Source: Acidimicrobiales bacterium (GTDB taxonomy: Bacteria; Actinomycetota; Acidimicrobiia; Acidimicrobiales; DATDAH01). From it: a DNA stretch of 60,434 nucleotides. Both the position numbers and the translations under genes were made by a program. The stretch lies in NCBI GenBank assembly GCA_036525535.1, contig DATDAH010000160.1, positions 1 through 60,434 of the forward strand. Direction: 5' to 3'. The notes under the pieces are model-generated. The model made no database searches. It saw only the letters and a program-made list of their open reading frames with translations, and had not been told where the DNA came from. Every line of letters begins with the position of its first letter. The first letter of the stretch is position 1. Shown piece after piece: positions 51,233 through 60,434 of the stretch.

Positions 51233-51370
51233 TCAGCCGGTGGAGCCGGGCCGGCCGCCCACCGGACCCGTCGGCCCGTCGGGCGGGATGGGTGGCAACC
51301 AGTCGACCTCGACGGCGCCGGCGGTCACCAGCACCAGCAACCCAGCGAAGGCGAGGCGGTGCCCGGTCAC
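51233..51370 (-). CDS. Candidate 45-aa single-TM micro-protein bridging arcC and the hydrolase gene
   Basis: Hand-translated sequence: [45 protein letters not shown]. The GTG overlaps the arcC stop (GTGA). Its own TGA ends 1 nt before the hydrolase ATG. GC3-rich. It falls below the ORF-track cutoff. Confidence 0.35.
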   Translation of the reverse strand: MTGHRLAFAGLLVLVTAGAVEVDWLPPIPPDGPTGPVGGRPGSTG

Positions 51371-52268
51371 CGGACCACGATCGTGCCGGCCTCGCTACGC
51401 AGGATGGCCTCGGCATCGGCGAGGGCGCCGATGGCGGCGAACCCGCCGGTGTGCTGGACGAACCGGCCGACGGCGTCGACCTTGGGACCCATCGAACCCG
51501 CCGGCAGGTCCAGCGCCCACAACTGGGCCACCGACACCTGTTCGAGCCGTACCGCCTCGTCGGTCCCCCAGCCCTGGTAGACCCCGTCGACGTCGGTGAG
51601 CAGCAGCAAGCCCTCGGCGTCGACCCCCCGGGCGAGGAGCTCAGCGGCGAGATCCTTGTCGATGACGGCCTCGACGCCCTGCAGTCCGCCGCGGCCGTCG
51701 GCCATGACCGGTATGCCGCCACCACCGCTGCAGATGACGGTCACCCCCCAGGCGACGAGGAGGCGGATGGTGGAGAGCTCGACGATCTCCAGGGGCTCGG
51801 GCGAGGCGACCACCCGGCGGTACGCGTCGCCGTCCCGAGCCATGGCCCATCCTCGGGTGTCGGTGAGCCGGCACGCGTCGTCGACGGCGAAGGTGGGCCC
51901 GACGAACTTGCTCGGGTGCGTGAAGGCGGGGTCGTCGGGGTCGACGATGATCTGGGTCAGCAGGGTCGCCAGGCGCTCGCGGTCGAGGTGGTTGCCGAGC
52001 TCCTGTTCGAGGAGGTAGCCGACCATGCCTTCGGTCTCCGCGTCGAGGACGTCGAGGGGGTAGGGGGCCACCGGCTCGTAGGCGGCGTTCTGCAGGGCGA
52101 GGAGCCCGACCTGGGGGCCGTTGCCGTGGGTGAGCACGACCTGGTGGTCCCGGGCTACCGCGGCAATGGCCTCAGCCGCGATCTTGACGTTGGCTCGCTG
52201 TACGGCGGCGTCCATGAGCTCACCCCGCCGGAGCAGGGCGTTGCCACCGAGGGCGATGACGACGCGCA

Positions 52269-52269
<1 letters not shown>
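51367..52269 (-). CDS. arcC: Carbamate kinase
   Basis: MRVVIALGGNALL...THGNGPQVG...GGGGIPV. ATG 52269 shares one nt with the arcB stop (TGATG). An alternative GTG exists at 52272. Confidence 0.9.
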
Positions 52270-53222
<953 letters not shown>

Positions 53223-53235
53223 GGCGAGCTTCTCC

Positions 53236-54465
53236 TCAGTCGGCATCCCGCACCAGCGGGCAGCTCATGCAACGGGGACCACCCCGGCCACGGCCGAGCT
53301 CGCTCCCCTGGATGGTGATGACCTCGATGCCGGCGTGCCGGAGCTTGGTGTTGGTGTCGACGTTGCGCTCATAGGCGATGACGACGCCGGGAGCGACGGC
53401 AAGCACGTTGTTGCCGTCGTCCCACTGTTCCCGCTGGGCTTCGTCCTCGTCGCCGCCCGTGGTCAGGACCCGAAGGTGGGCGAGGCCGAGGGCTTCCTTG
53501 ATCGACGTGAACACGTCGGGTTGGGCAGTGACGACGACCTCGCCGTCTCCGTCGCCGGGCGTGAGGGTCCAGGTCCGCAGGTCGTCGAGGACACCGGGGT
53601 AGGCGACGAAGGTGTCGTGATCGGCCATGGTCATCACGGTGTCGAGGTGCATGAACGCCCGCTGTTCGGGCAGGGCGACGGCGATGACCTTGCTGGCCGC
53701 GCCCTCCGTGGCGAAGAAGCGACGAGCCAGTGCGCCCACGGCCTGTGGTGTGGTCCGCTCGCCCATGCCGATGAGCACGGCCCCTTTGCCGATGACGAGG
53801 ATGTCGCCGCCCTCGATGGTGGCCGAGCCGAAGTCATGGTCGGCGCCCCCGTACCAGGTGGCGAAGGGCTCGTCGGCGAACAGCGGGTGGAAGCGGTACA
53901 CGGCCTCGAAATGGGCCGTCTCGCGCCGGCGGGCCGGCTTGGCCATCGGGTTGAGCGAGACACCGCCGTAGACCCACGCGGTGGCGTCGCGGGTGAAGAG
54001 GTGGTTGGGCAGCGGAGGGAGTACGAAGCCCTTGGGCCCGAGGACGTCGGCGCGCAGGCTGCCGAGGGTGGAGCCGTGGGGGAGCTCGTCGACGGTGAGG
54101 CCGCCGATGAGATGGGTGGCCGCCGTCTCGGGGTCGGCCACCTCGACCATCGCACGGGTGACCTCGGCCAGCTCGCGACCGAGGGCCTCGGCGGTGATGA
54201 CCCGGTCGAGCAACCAGCGGCGGGCCCGGTCGTGCTTGAGGGTCTCGGCCAGGAGGTCGTGGACGTAGAGGACCTCGATGCCCCGGTCGGCCAGGGTGTC
54301 GGCGAAGGCGTCGTGCTCCTGGCGGGCCCTCTTCACCCACAGCACGTCGTCGAAGAGCAGGTCGGCGCAGTTGCTGGGGGTGAGCCGGCGGAGCTCGAGG
54401 CCGGGTCGGTGCAGCAGCACCTTGCGCAGCGTCCCGACCTCGGAGTCGACGTGGAACGTGGTCAT
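53236..54465 (-). CDS. arcA: Arginine deiminase
   Basis: [22 protein letters not shown]...FTRD...MHLDT...[13 protein letters not shown] 54465 follows GAGGAGG. Confidence 0.9.
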   Translation of the reverse strand: MTTFHVDSEVGTLRKVLLHRPGLELRRLTPSNCADLLFDDVLWVKRARQEHDAFADTLADRGIEVLYVHDLLAETLKHDRARRWLLDRVITAEALGRELAEVTRAMVEVADPETAATHLIGGLTVDELPHGSTLGSLRADVLGPKGFVLPPLPNHLFTRDATAWVYGGVSLNPMAKPARRRETAHFEAVYRFHPLFADEPFATWYGGADHDFGSATIEGGDILVIGKGAVLIGMGERTTPQAVGALARRFFATEGAASKVIAVALPEQRAFMHLDTVMTMADHDTFVAYPGVLDDLRTWTLTPGDGDGEVVVTAQPDVFTSIKEALGLAHLRVLTTGGDEDEAQREQWDDGNNVLAVAPGVVIAYERNVDTNTKLRHAGIEVITIQGSELGRGRGGPRCMSCPLVRDAD

Positions 54466-54633
54466 GGCGTCCTCCTCGCGCATGGAGTCACCTTCCTCCT
54501 GCTGCTGGTCTCACCGGAAGGGACCTCCGGCGCTCGCGTCCGGGACCTTGGTCCCTGTCGCCCGCCGGCGCCGGGGAGGACAGTCGCCTCGGAGCGGCCA
54601 CACCGGTCGCCGTCCCGAGGAGGGAATGCTCCG

Positions 54634-56097
54634 ATGGCCACGACCTTGACCCCACCGCCCCCCACCGAAGCGGAGGCCCCACCGCCGGCCACCGGTGCCG
54701 GCGACCAGGCCGCCGCCGCCCTCGGCCTGCCGTCGGCGACCGCCCTCGTCATCGGCAGCATCATCGGCACGGGGGTGTTCACGATGCCCGCCGTCCTGGC
54801 GGGGGCGGGGACGTCCTCCATCCTGACCCTGACGGTCATCGCCATCGGCGCCGTGCTGCTCGGCGTGCTCTTCGGGCAGCTGACCAAGCGGGTCCCGACC
54901 ACCGACGGCGGCATGTACGCGTACGCCCGCCACGAGTTCGGTGACTTCGCCGGCTACCTGACCGCGTGGTGCTACTGGATCACCTGCTGGGCCGGTAACG
55001 CCGCCATCGTCTCGTCGTGGGTCTTCTACGTCGAGTCCCTCTTCGGCATCGACAACCCGTCGAACTGGGTCAACTTCGGCATCGCCCTCACCGGGCTCTG
55101 GATCCCCGCTGCCATCAACCTGGCCGGCGTCCGCCAGATGGCCTGGTTCCAGAACGTCACCGTCGTCTTGAAGTTCCTCCCCCTGCTGCTGGTGGGCACG
55201 TTCGGGTTCTTCTTCGTCCAGTCGGCCAACTTCGGCCCGTTCAACGCCTCGGGCGGGAGCCTGTACGACGCGGTCAACATGGCTGCCGCTGTGGCCCTGT
55301 TCTCCTTCATCGGTGTCGAGTGCGCCTCGATCGCCGCCAGCCGGGTCAAGGACCCCCGCCGCAACGTCGGCAAGGCCTCGTTCTACGGCACCGCCGCCAG
55401 CGGCCTGCTCTACGTCGCCGTGACCGCCGCGGTCATGGGGCTGGTGCCCCACGACGAGCTGGTCGACGACGGCACGCCCTTCGTCGCCGCCTTCAAGGCC
55501 ATGTTCGACGGGGCCGGGTGGGCCGGCAAAGCCGTCGCCCTGGTCGCCGTGATCTCCGGCATCGGTGCGCTCAACGGCTGGACCCTGGTCACCGCCGAGA
55601 TGCCGTACGCCGCGGCCAAGGACGGCCTGTTCCTCCGGGCCTTCGCCAAGGAGAACCGCCACGGTGTGCCGTGGTTCGGCATCGTCGTCTCGACCATCGT
55701 CGCCTCTGCCCTGATGGCCTGGAGCTACACCGGTGAGACCGGCCTGAAGGTGTTCACCTACCTCGTCTACCTGTCGGTGGTCACCGTGGCCATCCCGTAC
55801 TTCATCTCCGCCTCCGCCCAGCTGGCCTACCTGGTCTCGGGCCGGCGCAAGGTGCAGGGTTGGGCCCTGGCCCGGGACGGTGCCGTGGCCACGGTCGGGA
55901 TCCTGTTCTCGCTGTGGGTCACCTTCGCCGCGGGCTACCAGTCCGTCTACCAGGCGATGTTCCTGCTGCTCATCGGCATCCCGCTGTACGGCTTCCTCAA
56001 GGCGCAGCGCGAAGCACGGGGTGAGATCGAGGCTCCGGTCGAGTTCGGTGATGCCGGCCAGTCCCTCGATCCCACCGCACCCACGCCGATCGCTTGA
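54634..56097 (+). CDS. arcD: APC-family arginine/ornithine antiporter
   Basis: ATG follows GAGGAGGGA. ALVIGSIIGTGVFTMP and YAYARHEFGDFAGYLTAWCYWIT. 12-13 TM segments. The 968-aa track ORF is an antisense-extension artefact. Confidence 0.82.
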   Translation: MATTLTPPPPTEAEAPPPATGAGDQAAAALGLPSATALVIGSIIGTGVFTMPAVLAGAGTSSILTLTVIAIGAVLLGVLFGQLTKRVPTTDGGMYAYARHEFGDFAGYLTAWCYWITCWAGNAAIVSSWVFYVESLFGIDNPSNWVNFGIALTGLWIPAAINLAGVRQMAWFQNVTVVLKFLPLLLVGTFGFFFVQSANFGPFNASGGSLYDAVNMAAAVALFSFIGVECASIAASRVKDPRRNVGKASFYGTAASGLLYVAVTAAVMGLVPHDELVDDGTPFVAAFKAMFDGAGWAGKAVALVAVISGIGALNGWTLVTAEMPYAAAKDGLFLRAFAKENRHGVPWFGIVVSTIVASALMAWSYTGETGLKVFTYLVYLSVVTVAIPYFISASAQLAYLVSGRRKVQGWALARDGAVATVGILFSLWVTFAAGYQSVYQAMFLLLIGIPLYGFLKAQREARGEIEAPVEFGDAGQSLDPTAPTPIA

Positions 56098-56119
56098 TCC
56101 GTACGAAGATGGACCTGCG

Positions 56120-56884
56120 ATGCGCCCCACTGCCCTGATCCGTCGGCCGGGTCCCCGCCTGGTCGACGGGCTGGTCACCCACATCGAGCGGGTGCCGGTC
56201 GACCCGGCCCTCGCCCTCCGTCAGTGGGAGGGCTACGGGGCGGCGCTCGAGTCGGCCGGGTGGGACCTCGTCGAGGTTCCGCCCGCCGACGACTGCCCGG
56301 ACGCCGTGTTCGTCGAGGACACCGTGGTGATGTACCGCAACGTGGGCGTCATCGCCCGACCGGGCGCCGACGAACGCAAGCCCGAGATCCTCGACACCGA
56401 GAAGGTCCTCGAGTCCCTCGGCTGCTCCTTGAACCGGATCCACGCCCCCGGAACCCTCGACGGCGGTGATGTCCTCAAGGTGGGCGACACCGTCTACGTC
56501 GGCCGCGGCGGCCGGACCAATGCCCAGGGGGTGGCGCAGCTGCGGGCGATCCTCCAGCCGCTCGGCGCGACGGTGATCACCGTCCCGGTCCAGAAGGTGC
56601 TGCACCTCAAGTCCGCCGTCACCGCCCTGCCGGACGGCTCGGTCATCGGGCATCTCCCCCTGGTCGACGACACCGCGGTCTTCGAGCGGTTCCGGCCGGT
56701 CCCCGAGGAGTCCGGCGCCCACGTCGTGCTGCTCGGCGACGGCAAGTTGTTGATGGCGGCTGACGCACCCCAGTCAGCCGAGCTGTTCGCCCAGCTCGGC
56801 TACGACCCGGTCACCGTGGACATCAGCGAGTTCCAGAAGCTGGAGGGTTGCGTCACCTGCCTGTCCGTGCGGCTACGCGCCTAG
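56120..56884 (+). CDS. Dimethylarginine dimethylaminohydrolase (DDAH) / amidinotransferase-fold family protein
   Basis: AVFVEDTVV, LDGGDVLKVGDTVYVGRGGRTN, HLKSAVT and C-terminal EGCVTCLSVR (catalytic Cys region). Confidence 0.78.
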   Translation: MRPTALIRRPGPRLVDGLVTHIERVPVDPALALRQWEGYGAALESAGWDLVEVPPADDCPDAVFVEDTVVMYRNVGVIARPGADERKPEILDTEKVLESLGCSLNRIHAPGTLDGGDVLKVGDTVYVGRGGRTNAQGVAQLRAILQPLGATVITVPVQKVLHLKSAVTALPDGSVIGHLPLVDDTAVFERFRPVPEESGAHVVLLGDGKLLMAADAPQSAELFAQLGYDPVTVDISEFQKLEGCVTCLSVRLRA

Positions 56885-56888
56885 GTCC

Positions 56889-59564
56889 GTGACGGGCACT
56901 CTTCCGTCCAGCAGCGCCGGACTCACCCGGGCCCAGGTCGCGGCGCGGCTGGCCGCGGACGGCCCCAATCGGCTTCCACCACCGGCTCGCCAGCCCGCCT
57001 GGCGGCGCCTGGTGGCCGAGATGGTCCACTTCTTCGCCCTCATGCTGTGGGTCGCCGGGGTGCTGGCCTTCGTGGCCGGCATGCCCCAACTCGGCGTCGC
57101 CATCTTCGTCGTGGTGGTGATCAACGGGGTCTTCGCCTTCGTCCAGGAGGAGCGGGCCGAGAAGGCCGCCGAGCGCCTGGCCGACCTCATGCCCGTGCGC
57201 GTCACCGTTCGCCGCGAGGGCCAGGTCCTCGTGATCGCCGCCGACGAGGTCGTCGTCGGAGACCTCGTGCTCCTCGGCCCGGGTGACCGGGTTGCCGCCG
57301 ACCTGTCCGTCCTCGAGTCCCACGACCTCCGGCTGGACGAGTCCATGCTCACCGGCGAGAGCGCCCCCGTGCGGGCGGACGAAGGTGCGAGGGCCTTCGC
57401 CGGCACGTTCGTCACCACGGGCGAGGGCGCCGGGGCGGTCGTGGCCACCGGCGCGCACACCCGGCTAGCCGAAATCGCGGCCCTGACCGCCGGCGTCGAG
57501 CGTCCCCCCAGTCCCCTCGCCGGCGAGCTGAGCCGGGTCGTTCGGGTCGTCGCCGCGATGGCGCTCGGCGTCGGGCTGGCCTTCTTCGGCTGCGCCCTGC
57601 TCTTCGACATGCCCGCTCGCGATGGCTTCCTCTTCGCGGTCGGCGTGACCGTCGCCCTCGTTCCCGAGGGCCTCCTGCCCACCGTGACCCTCTCCCTGGC
57701 CATGGGTGCGCAGCGAATGGCCGCCCGCAACGCCCTCGTTCGCCACCTCGAGGCCGTCGAGACGCTCGGCTCCACGACGGTCGTGTGCACGGACAAGACC
57801 GGGACCCTCACCCGCAACGAGATGACCGCGGTCGAGGTGTGGACACCGGCCGGGAGCGTCACCCTCAGATCCGAGGGCTACGGCCCGATCGCGCGGATCA
57901 CCGGCGACATCATCGCCATCGCGCAGGCCAGCCGGGCCGCCGACAGCGCAGTGGCCTGCGTGCAGGGACGCATCGCCAACGACGACGGCACCTGGCGGCC
58001 GGTCGGGGACCCGATGGAGGCCGCGCTCGACGCGCTCGCTCGCCGCCTGGCCGGCGGTGAGGCCCGACCAGAGGTCCTCGCCGCCCACCGGTACGCGTTC
58101 GACCCGGTCCGTCGACGCTCCTCCGTGCTGACCGGTGACCAGTTGTTCGTGCTCGGCGCGCCGGACTCGGTGGTGCCACGCTGTCTCGACGCCCACGAGG
58201 CCGATCAGGTGGTCGATGCGATGGCGCAGCGCGGCCTGCGGGTGGTCGCAGTGGCGTCCCGACCCGTCACGGGGTCGGTCGACGAGCGGCGCGGCGTCGA
58301 CGAGGTGGAGGCCCACCTCGACCTCCTCGGCCTGATCGGGCTGCACGACCCGCCTCGCACCGGTGTGGAGCACGCGGTGGCCGCGTGCCGAGCCTCCGGC
58401 ATCCGGCTGGCGATGCTCACGGGTGACCATCCCGCGACCGCCGCCGCCATCGCCGGGCAGGTCGGTCTCGCCCTCCCCGGCTCCCCCACCCTCGAAGGCG
58501 ACGAGCTGCCCGAGGACGACGAAGAGCTCGCCGCTCTGTTGGCCCACGACGGTGTAGTGGTCGCTCGCGTCGCCCCGGAGGACAAGCTCCGCATCGCCCG
58601 GGTCCTTCAGGAGCGCGGCGACGTCGTGGCGATGACCGGCGACGGGGTCAACGACGGCCCCGCGCTCCGGGAAGCCGACATCGGCATAGCCATGGGACGG
58701 TCCGGCACCGACGTGGCCCGAGAAGCCGCCGACCTGGTCCTGCTCGATGACGACTTCGCGACGATCGTGGCCGCGGTCGGCCAGGGCCGGGCCACGTTCA
58801 GCAACATCCGCCGCTTTCTCACCTACCACCTGACCGACAACGTCGCCGAGCTCACCCCGTTCGTCGTGTGGGCCCTGTCCGGGGGGCGCTTTCCCCTCGC
58901 CCTCGGCGTCCTCCAGATCCTGTGCCTCGACATCGGCACCGACCTGCTCCCCGCCCTCGCTCTCGGCGCGGAGCCCCCGACCGACCGGGCACTGCGGCGG
59001 CCTCCGGAAGGGCGCCACCTGATCGACGCCACCCTGCTGCGACGCGTCTTCGGTGTGGTCGGCCCGGCGGAGGCCCTGCTCGAGATGACCGCCTTCGTGA
59101 CGGCGCTGGTGGTCGCCGGCTGGCGGCCGGGCGAGGACTTCCCCACGGGTCACGCCCTCATGGCCGCCTCCGGTGCCGCCTTCGCGGCCGTGGTCTTCGG
59201 GCAGATGGCCAACGCCTTCGCCTGCCGCAGCGCCACGCTGCCGCCGTGGCGCCTCGGATGGACGACGAATCGGCTGCTCCTGGGCGCGGTCGCGGTCGAG
59301 CTCCTCGCCCTCGCCGGGTTCCTGGCCGTCCCGGCGGTGGCCGACCTCCTCGAGCAGGCCATCCCCCCACCAGCGGCGCTCCTCGTCGCTCTCGGCGCCG
59401 CTCCCGCCGTGCTCATCGCGGATGCCCTCCACAAGGCCTCCCGCGCCCGGCGCCGCGACGCAGGCCCTGGTCTCGCCACCCAGAGCGCGAGCCACCGGGC
59501 GCACCGGCGTGGCGGGGTCGGGGACCCAACGCCAGCCGCGGTCCCCGACCTCATCCATCGGTGA
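56889..59564 (+). CDS. Cation-translocating P-type ATPase (P2, CtpF/Ca2+-ATPase-like)
   Basis: TGES, PEGLLPT, CTDKTGTLTRNEM, MLTGDH and TGDGVNDGPAL. 10 TM segments. Confidence 0.9.
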   Translation: MTGTLPSSSAGLTRAQVAARLAADGPNRLPPPARQPAWRRLVAEMVHFFALMLWVAGVLAFVAGMPQLGVAIFVVVVINGVFAFVQEERAEKAAERLADLMPVRVTVRREGQVLVIAADEVVVGDLVLLGPGDRVAADLSVLESHDLRLDESMLTGESAPVRADEGARAFAGTFVTTGEGAGAVVATGAHTRLAEIAALTAGVERPPSPLAGELSRVVRVVAAMALGVGLAFFGCALLFDMPARDGFLFAVGVTVALVPEGLLPTVTLSLAMGAQRMAARNALVRHLEAVETLGSTTVVCTDKTGTLTRNEMTAVEVWTPAGSVTLRSEGYGPIARITGDIIAIAQASRAADSAVACVQGRIANDDGTWRPVGDPMEAALDALARRLAGGEARPEVLAAHRYAFDPVRRRSSVLTGDQLFVLGAPDSVVPRCLDAHEADQVVDAMAQRGLRVVAVASRPVTGSVDERRGVDEVEAHLDLLGLIGLHDPPRTGVEHAVAACRASGIRLAMLTGDHPATAAAIAGQVGLALPGSPTLEGDELPEDDEELAALLAHDGVVVARVAPEDKLRIARVLQERGDVVAMTGDGVNDGPALREADIGIAMGRSGTDVAREAADLVLLDDDFATIVAAVGQGRATFSNIRRFLTYHLTDNVAELTPFVVWALSGGRFPLALGVLQILCLDIGTDLLPALALGAEPPTDRALRRPPEGRHLIDATLLRRVFGVVGPAEALLEMTAFVTALVVAGWRPGEDFPTGHALMAASGAAFAAVVFGQMANAFACRSATLPPWRLGWTTNRLLLGAVAVELLALAGFLAVPAVADLLEQAIPPPAALLVALGAAPAVLIADALHKASRARRRDAGPGLATQSASHRAHRRGGVGDPTPAAVPDLIHR

Positions 59565-59646
59565 CCCACCGCTGAGGGACGAAAGGTCGGCCGAGCCGGG
59601 ACGTTCGGCCCTGCTGCACGAAGGGGCTCGAGCGCACCATCGGGTC

Positions 59647-59808
59647 ATGGAAGGAGCCCACATCCCCATCGAGACCCTGACGGTGGTCGACCGCTACGGC
59701 CGACCGGCCGAGGGCACAGTCACCCGGGCCGAGTGGTCAGAACACGAGGCCGACCCCGAAGTCGAGGTCGTGCGCTACCACCGCGACCTGCTCGGTCAGG
59801 CGGCGTGA
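59647..59808 (+). CDS. Hypothetical 53-aa protein
   Basis: MEGAHIPIETLTVVDRYGRPAEGTVTRAEWSEHEADPEVEVVRYHRDLLGQAA. GC3-rich. No family recognised. Confidence 0.3.
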   Translation: MEGAHIPIETLTVVDRYGRPAEGTVTRAEWSEHEADPEVEVVRYHRDLLGQAA

Positions 59809-60015
59809 TGATCGTCGTCCTCCCCCAGGGCCGCGGCATCGAGCTCGGCACCCGAAGGCCGCGTGTGAGCGCAGCCACGGGTCCGGTCGTTCCCCGTTGA
59901 CGTTCTCTGCGAGAACCACGCCATGTCGCGGGTGTTTCGCGACGCCGGCGACGAGGCTCCACGGCCCAGCCGGCGCCGGCGTCGCCGACGTGACCTTCGG
60001 CCGGGACCCGGTCTG

Positions 60016-60434
60016 GTGAGCGAACTCTCGACGCCGATCGAGGTCTTCGCCGACATCACGTGCCCGTTCACCCACGTCGGCCTTCGCCGTCTCGTGCAGC
60101 GACGCGGGGCCCTCGGCCGGACGGACGTCCGCTTCTGGATCCGAGCCTGGCCGCTCGAGCTGGTGAACGGGTCGCCCCTCGACCCCGGCACCGTCGGCCA
60201 CAAGGTCGACGAGCTGCGGGCGCAGGTGGCGCCCGACCTCTTCTCTGCGTTCGACCGCAACCGGTTCCCCATCACGTCGATCCCTGCGCTGGTCCTCGCC
60301 GCCCACGCCTACGACCTCGGCCTCGAAGCCGGCGAGGGGGTCAGCCTCCGGTTGCGGGACGCACTGTTCGAGCGAGGACTCGACATCAGTCGGCCCGAGG
60401 TCCTCGACGAGGTCGCTCGGCTCGCCGGCGTCGC
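60016..60434 (+). CDS. DsbA-like thioredoxin-fold protein (2-hydroxychromene-2-carboxylate isomerase/DsbA family), 5' part (runs off the window)
   Basis: Hand-translated from frame 1: VSELSTPIEVFADITCPFTHVGLRRL...RFPITSIPALVLAAHAY.... No stop occurs before the window end, so it is absent from the ORF track. Confidence 0.6.
   Translation, partial: MSELSTPIEVFADITCPFTHVGLRRLVQRRGALGRTDVRFWIRAWPLELVNGSPLDPGTVGHKVDELRAQVAPDLFSAFDRNRFPITSIPALVLAAHAYDLGLEAGEGVSLRLRDALFERGLDISRPEVLDEVARLAGV

Noticed and set aside
57465-59669. 734-aa minus-strand ORF
   Set aside because: It is antisense to the P-type ATPase, which carries DKTGT/TGDGVND motifs. Shadow ORF.
59923-60015. Upstream ATG extension of the DsbA-like gene (MSRVFRDAGDEAPRPSRRRRRRRDLRPGPGL...)
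   Set aside because: The extension is poly-Arg low complexity. DsbA-like proteins of this family begin just before the F.D..CP motif, so GTG 60016 is preferred.

Overview
Window overview: this is a GC-rich segment (about two-thirds or more G+C by eye, with strong GC3 bias) that looks like actinobacterial chromosome. Assigning it to a deep-branching lineage such as Acidimicrobiia is speculation. Coding is dense: about 65 protein genes, many joined by 1-4 nt start/stop overlaps. I could not recognise any rRNA, tRNA, CRISPR array, integrase or transposase. Many of the long ORFs in the six-frame track are antisense or upstream-extension artefacts of the high GC content, so I re-derived starts from Shine-Dalgarno (SD) spacing and stop/start coupling.

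Recognisable content, in order:
- A CsoR-family regulator with a CstR-type x-C-x-C fingerprint and two operator palindromes inside a sigma70-like promoter. It is followed by a CstB-architecture persulfide dioxygenase-rhodanese and a TauE exporter.
- A heliorhodopsin, divergent from a YceI-family gene.
- A TetR-P450-NMO operon that appears leaderless.
- LysR plus a 58-aa DUF1272 micro-ORF.
- An HxlR-PaaI-(ABC ATPase-permease)x2 array.
- A secreted M1 peptidase carrying a large insertion.
- TerC preceded by a probable yybP-ykoY Mn riboswitch.
- A translationally coupled pair of uncharacterised membrane proteins, one of them DUF3556-like.
- An oxygenase/hydrolase island: PPOX, BVMO, SRPBCC, a second NMO paralog, NAT and dienelactone hydrolase.
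- An orphan diadenylate-cyclase (DAC) domain protein with DGA but RHT in place of RHR. It lies next to ybaK and a GGDEF-EAL protein.
- A macrodomain gene followed by a GNAT gene.
- An SGNH-SLH-like secreted protein.
- A cupredoxin-multicopper-oxidase fusion.
- A complete arginine deiminase pathway (arcA-arcB-arcC), divergent from arcD plus a DDAH-family gene.
- A P2-type ATPase.
- Two gene remnants: an MMPL C-terminus and a glutaminase C-terminus.

Most interesting by my reading: the orphan DAC-domain protein, the heliorhodopsin neighbourhood, the DUF3556 pair, and the ADI/DDAH cluster with a bridging micro-ORF.

Limits: all family calls come from motif recall. No searches were run.
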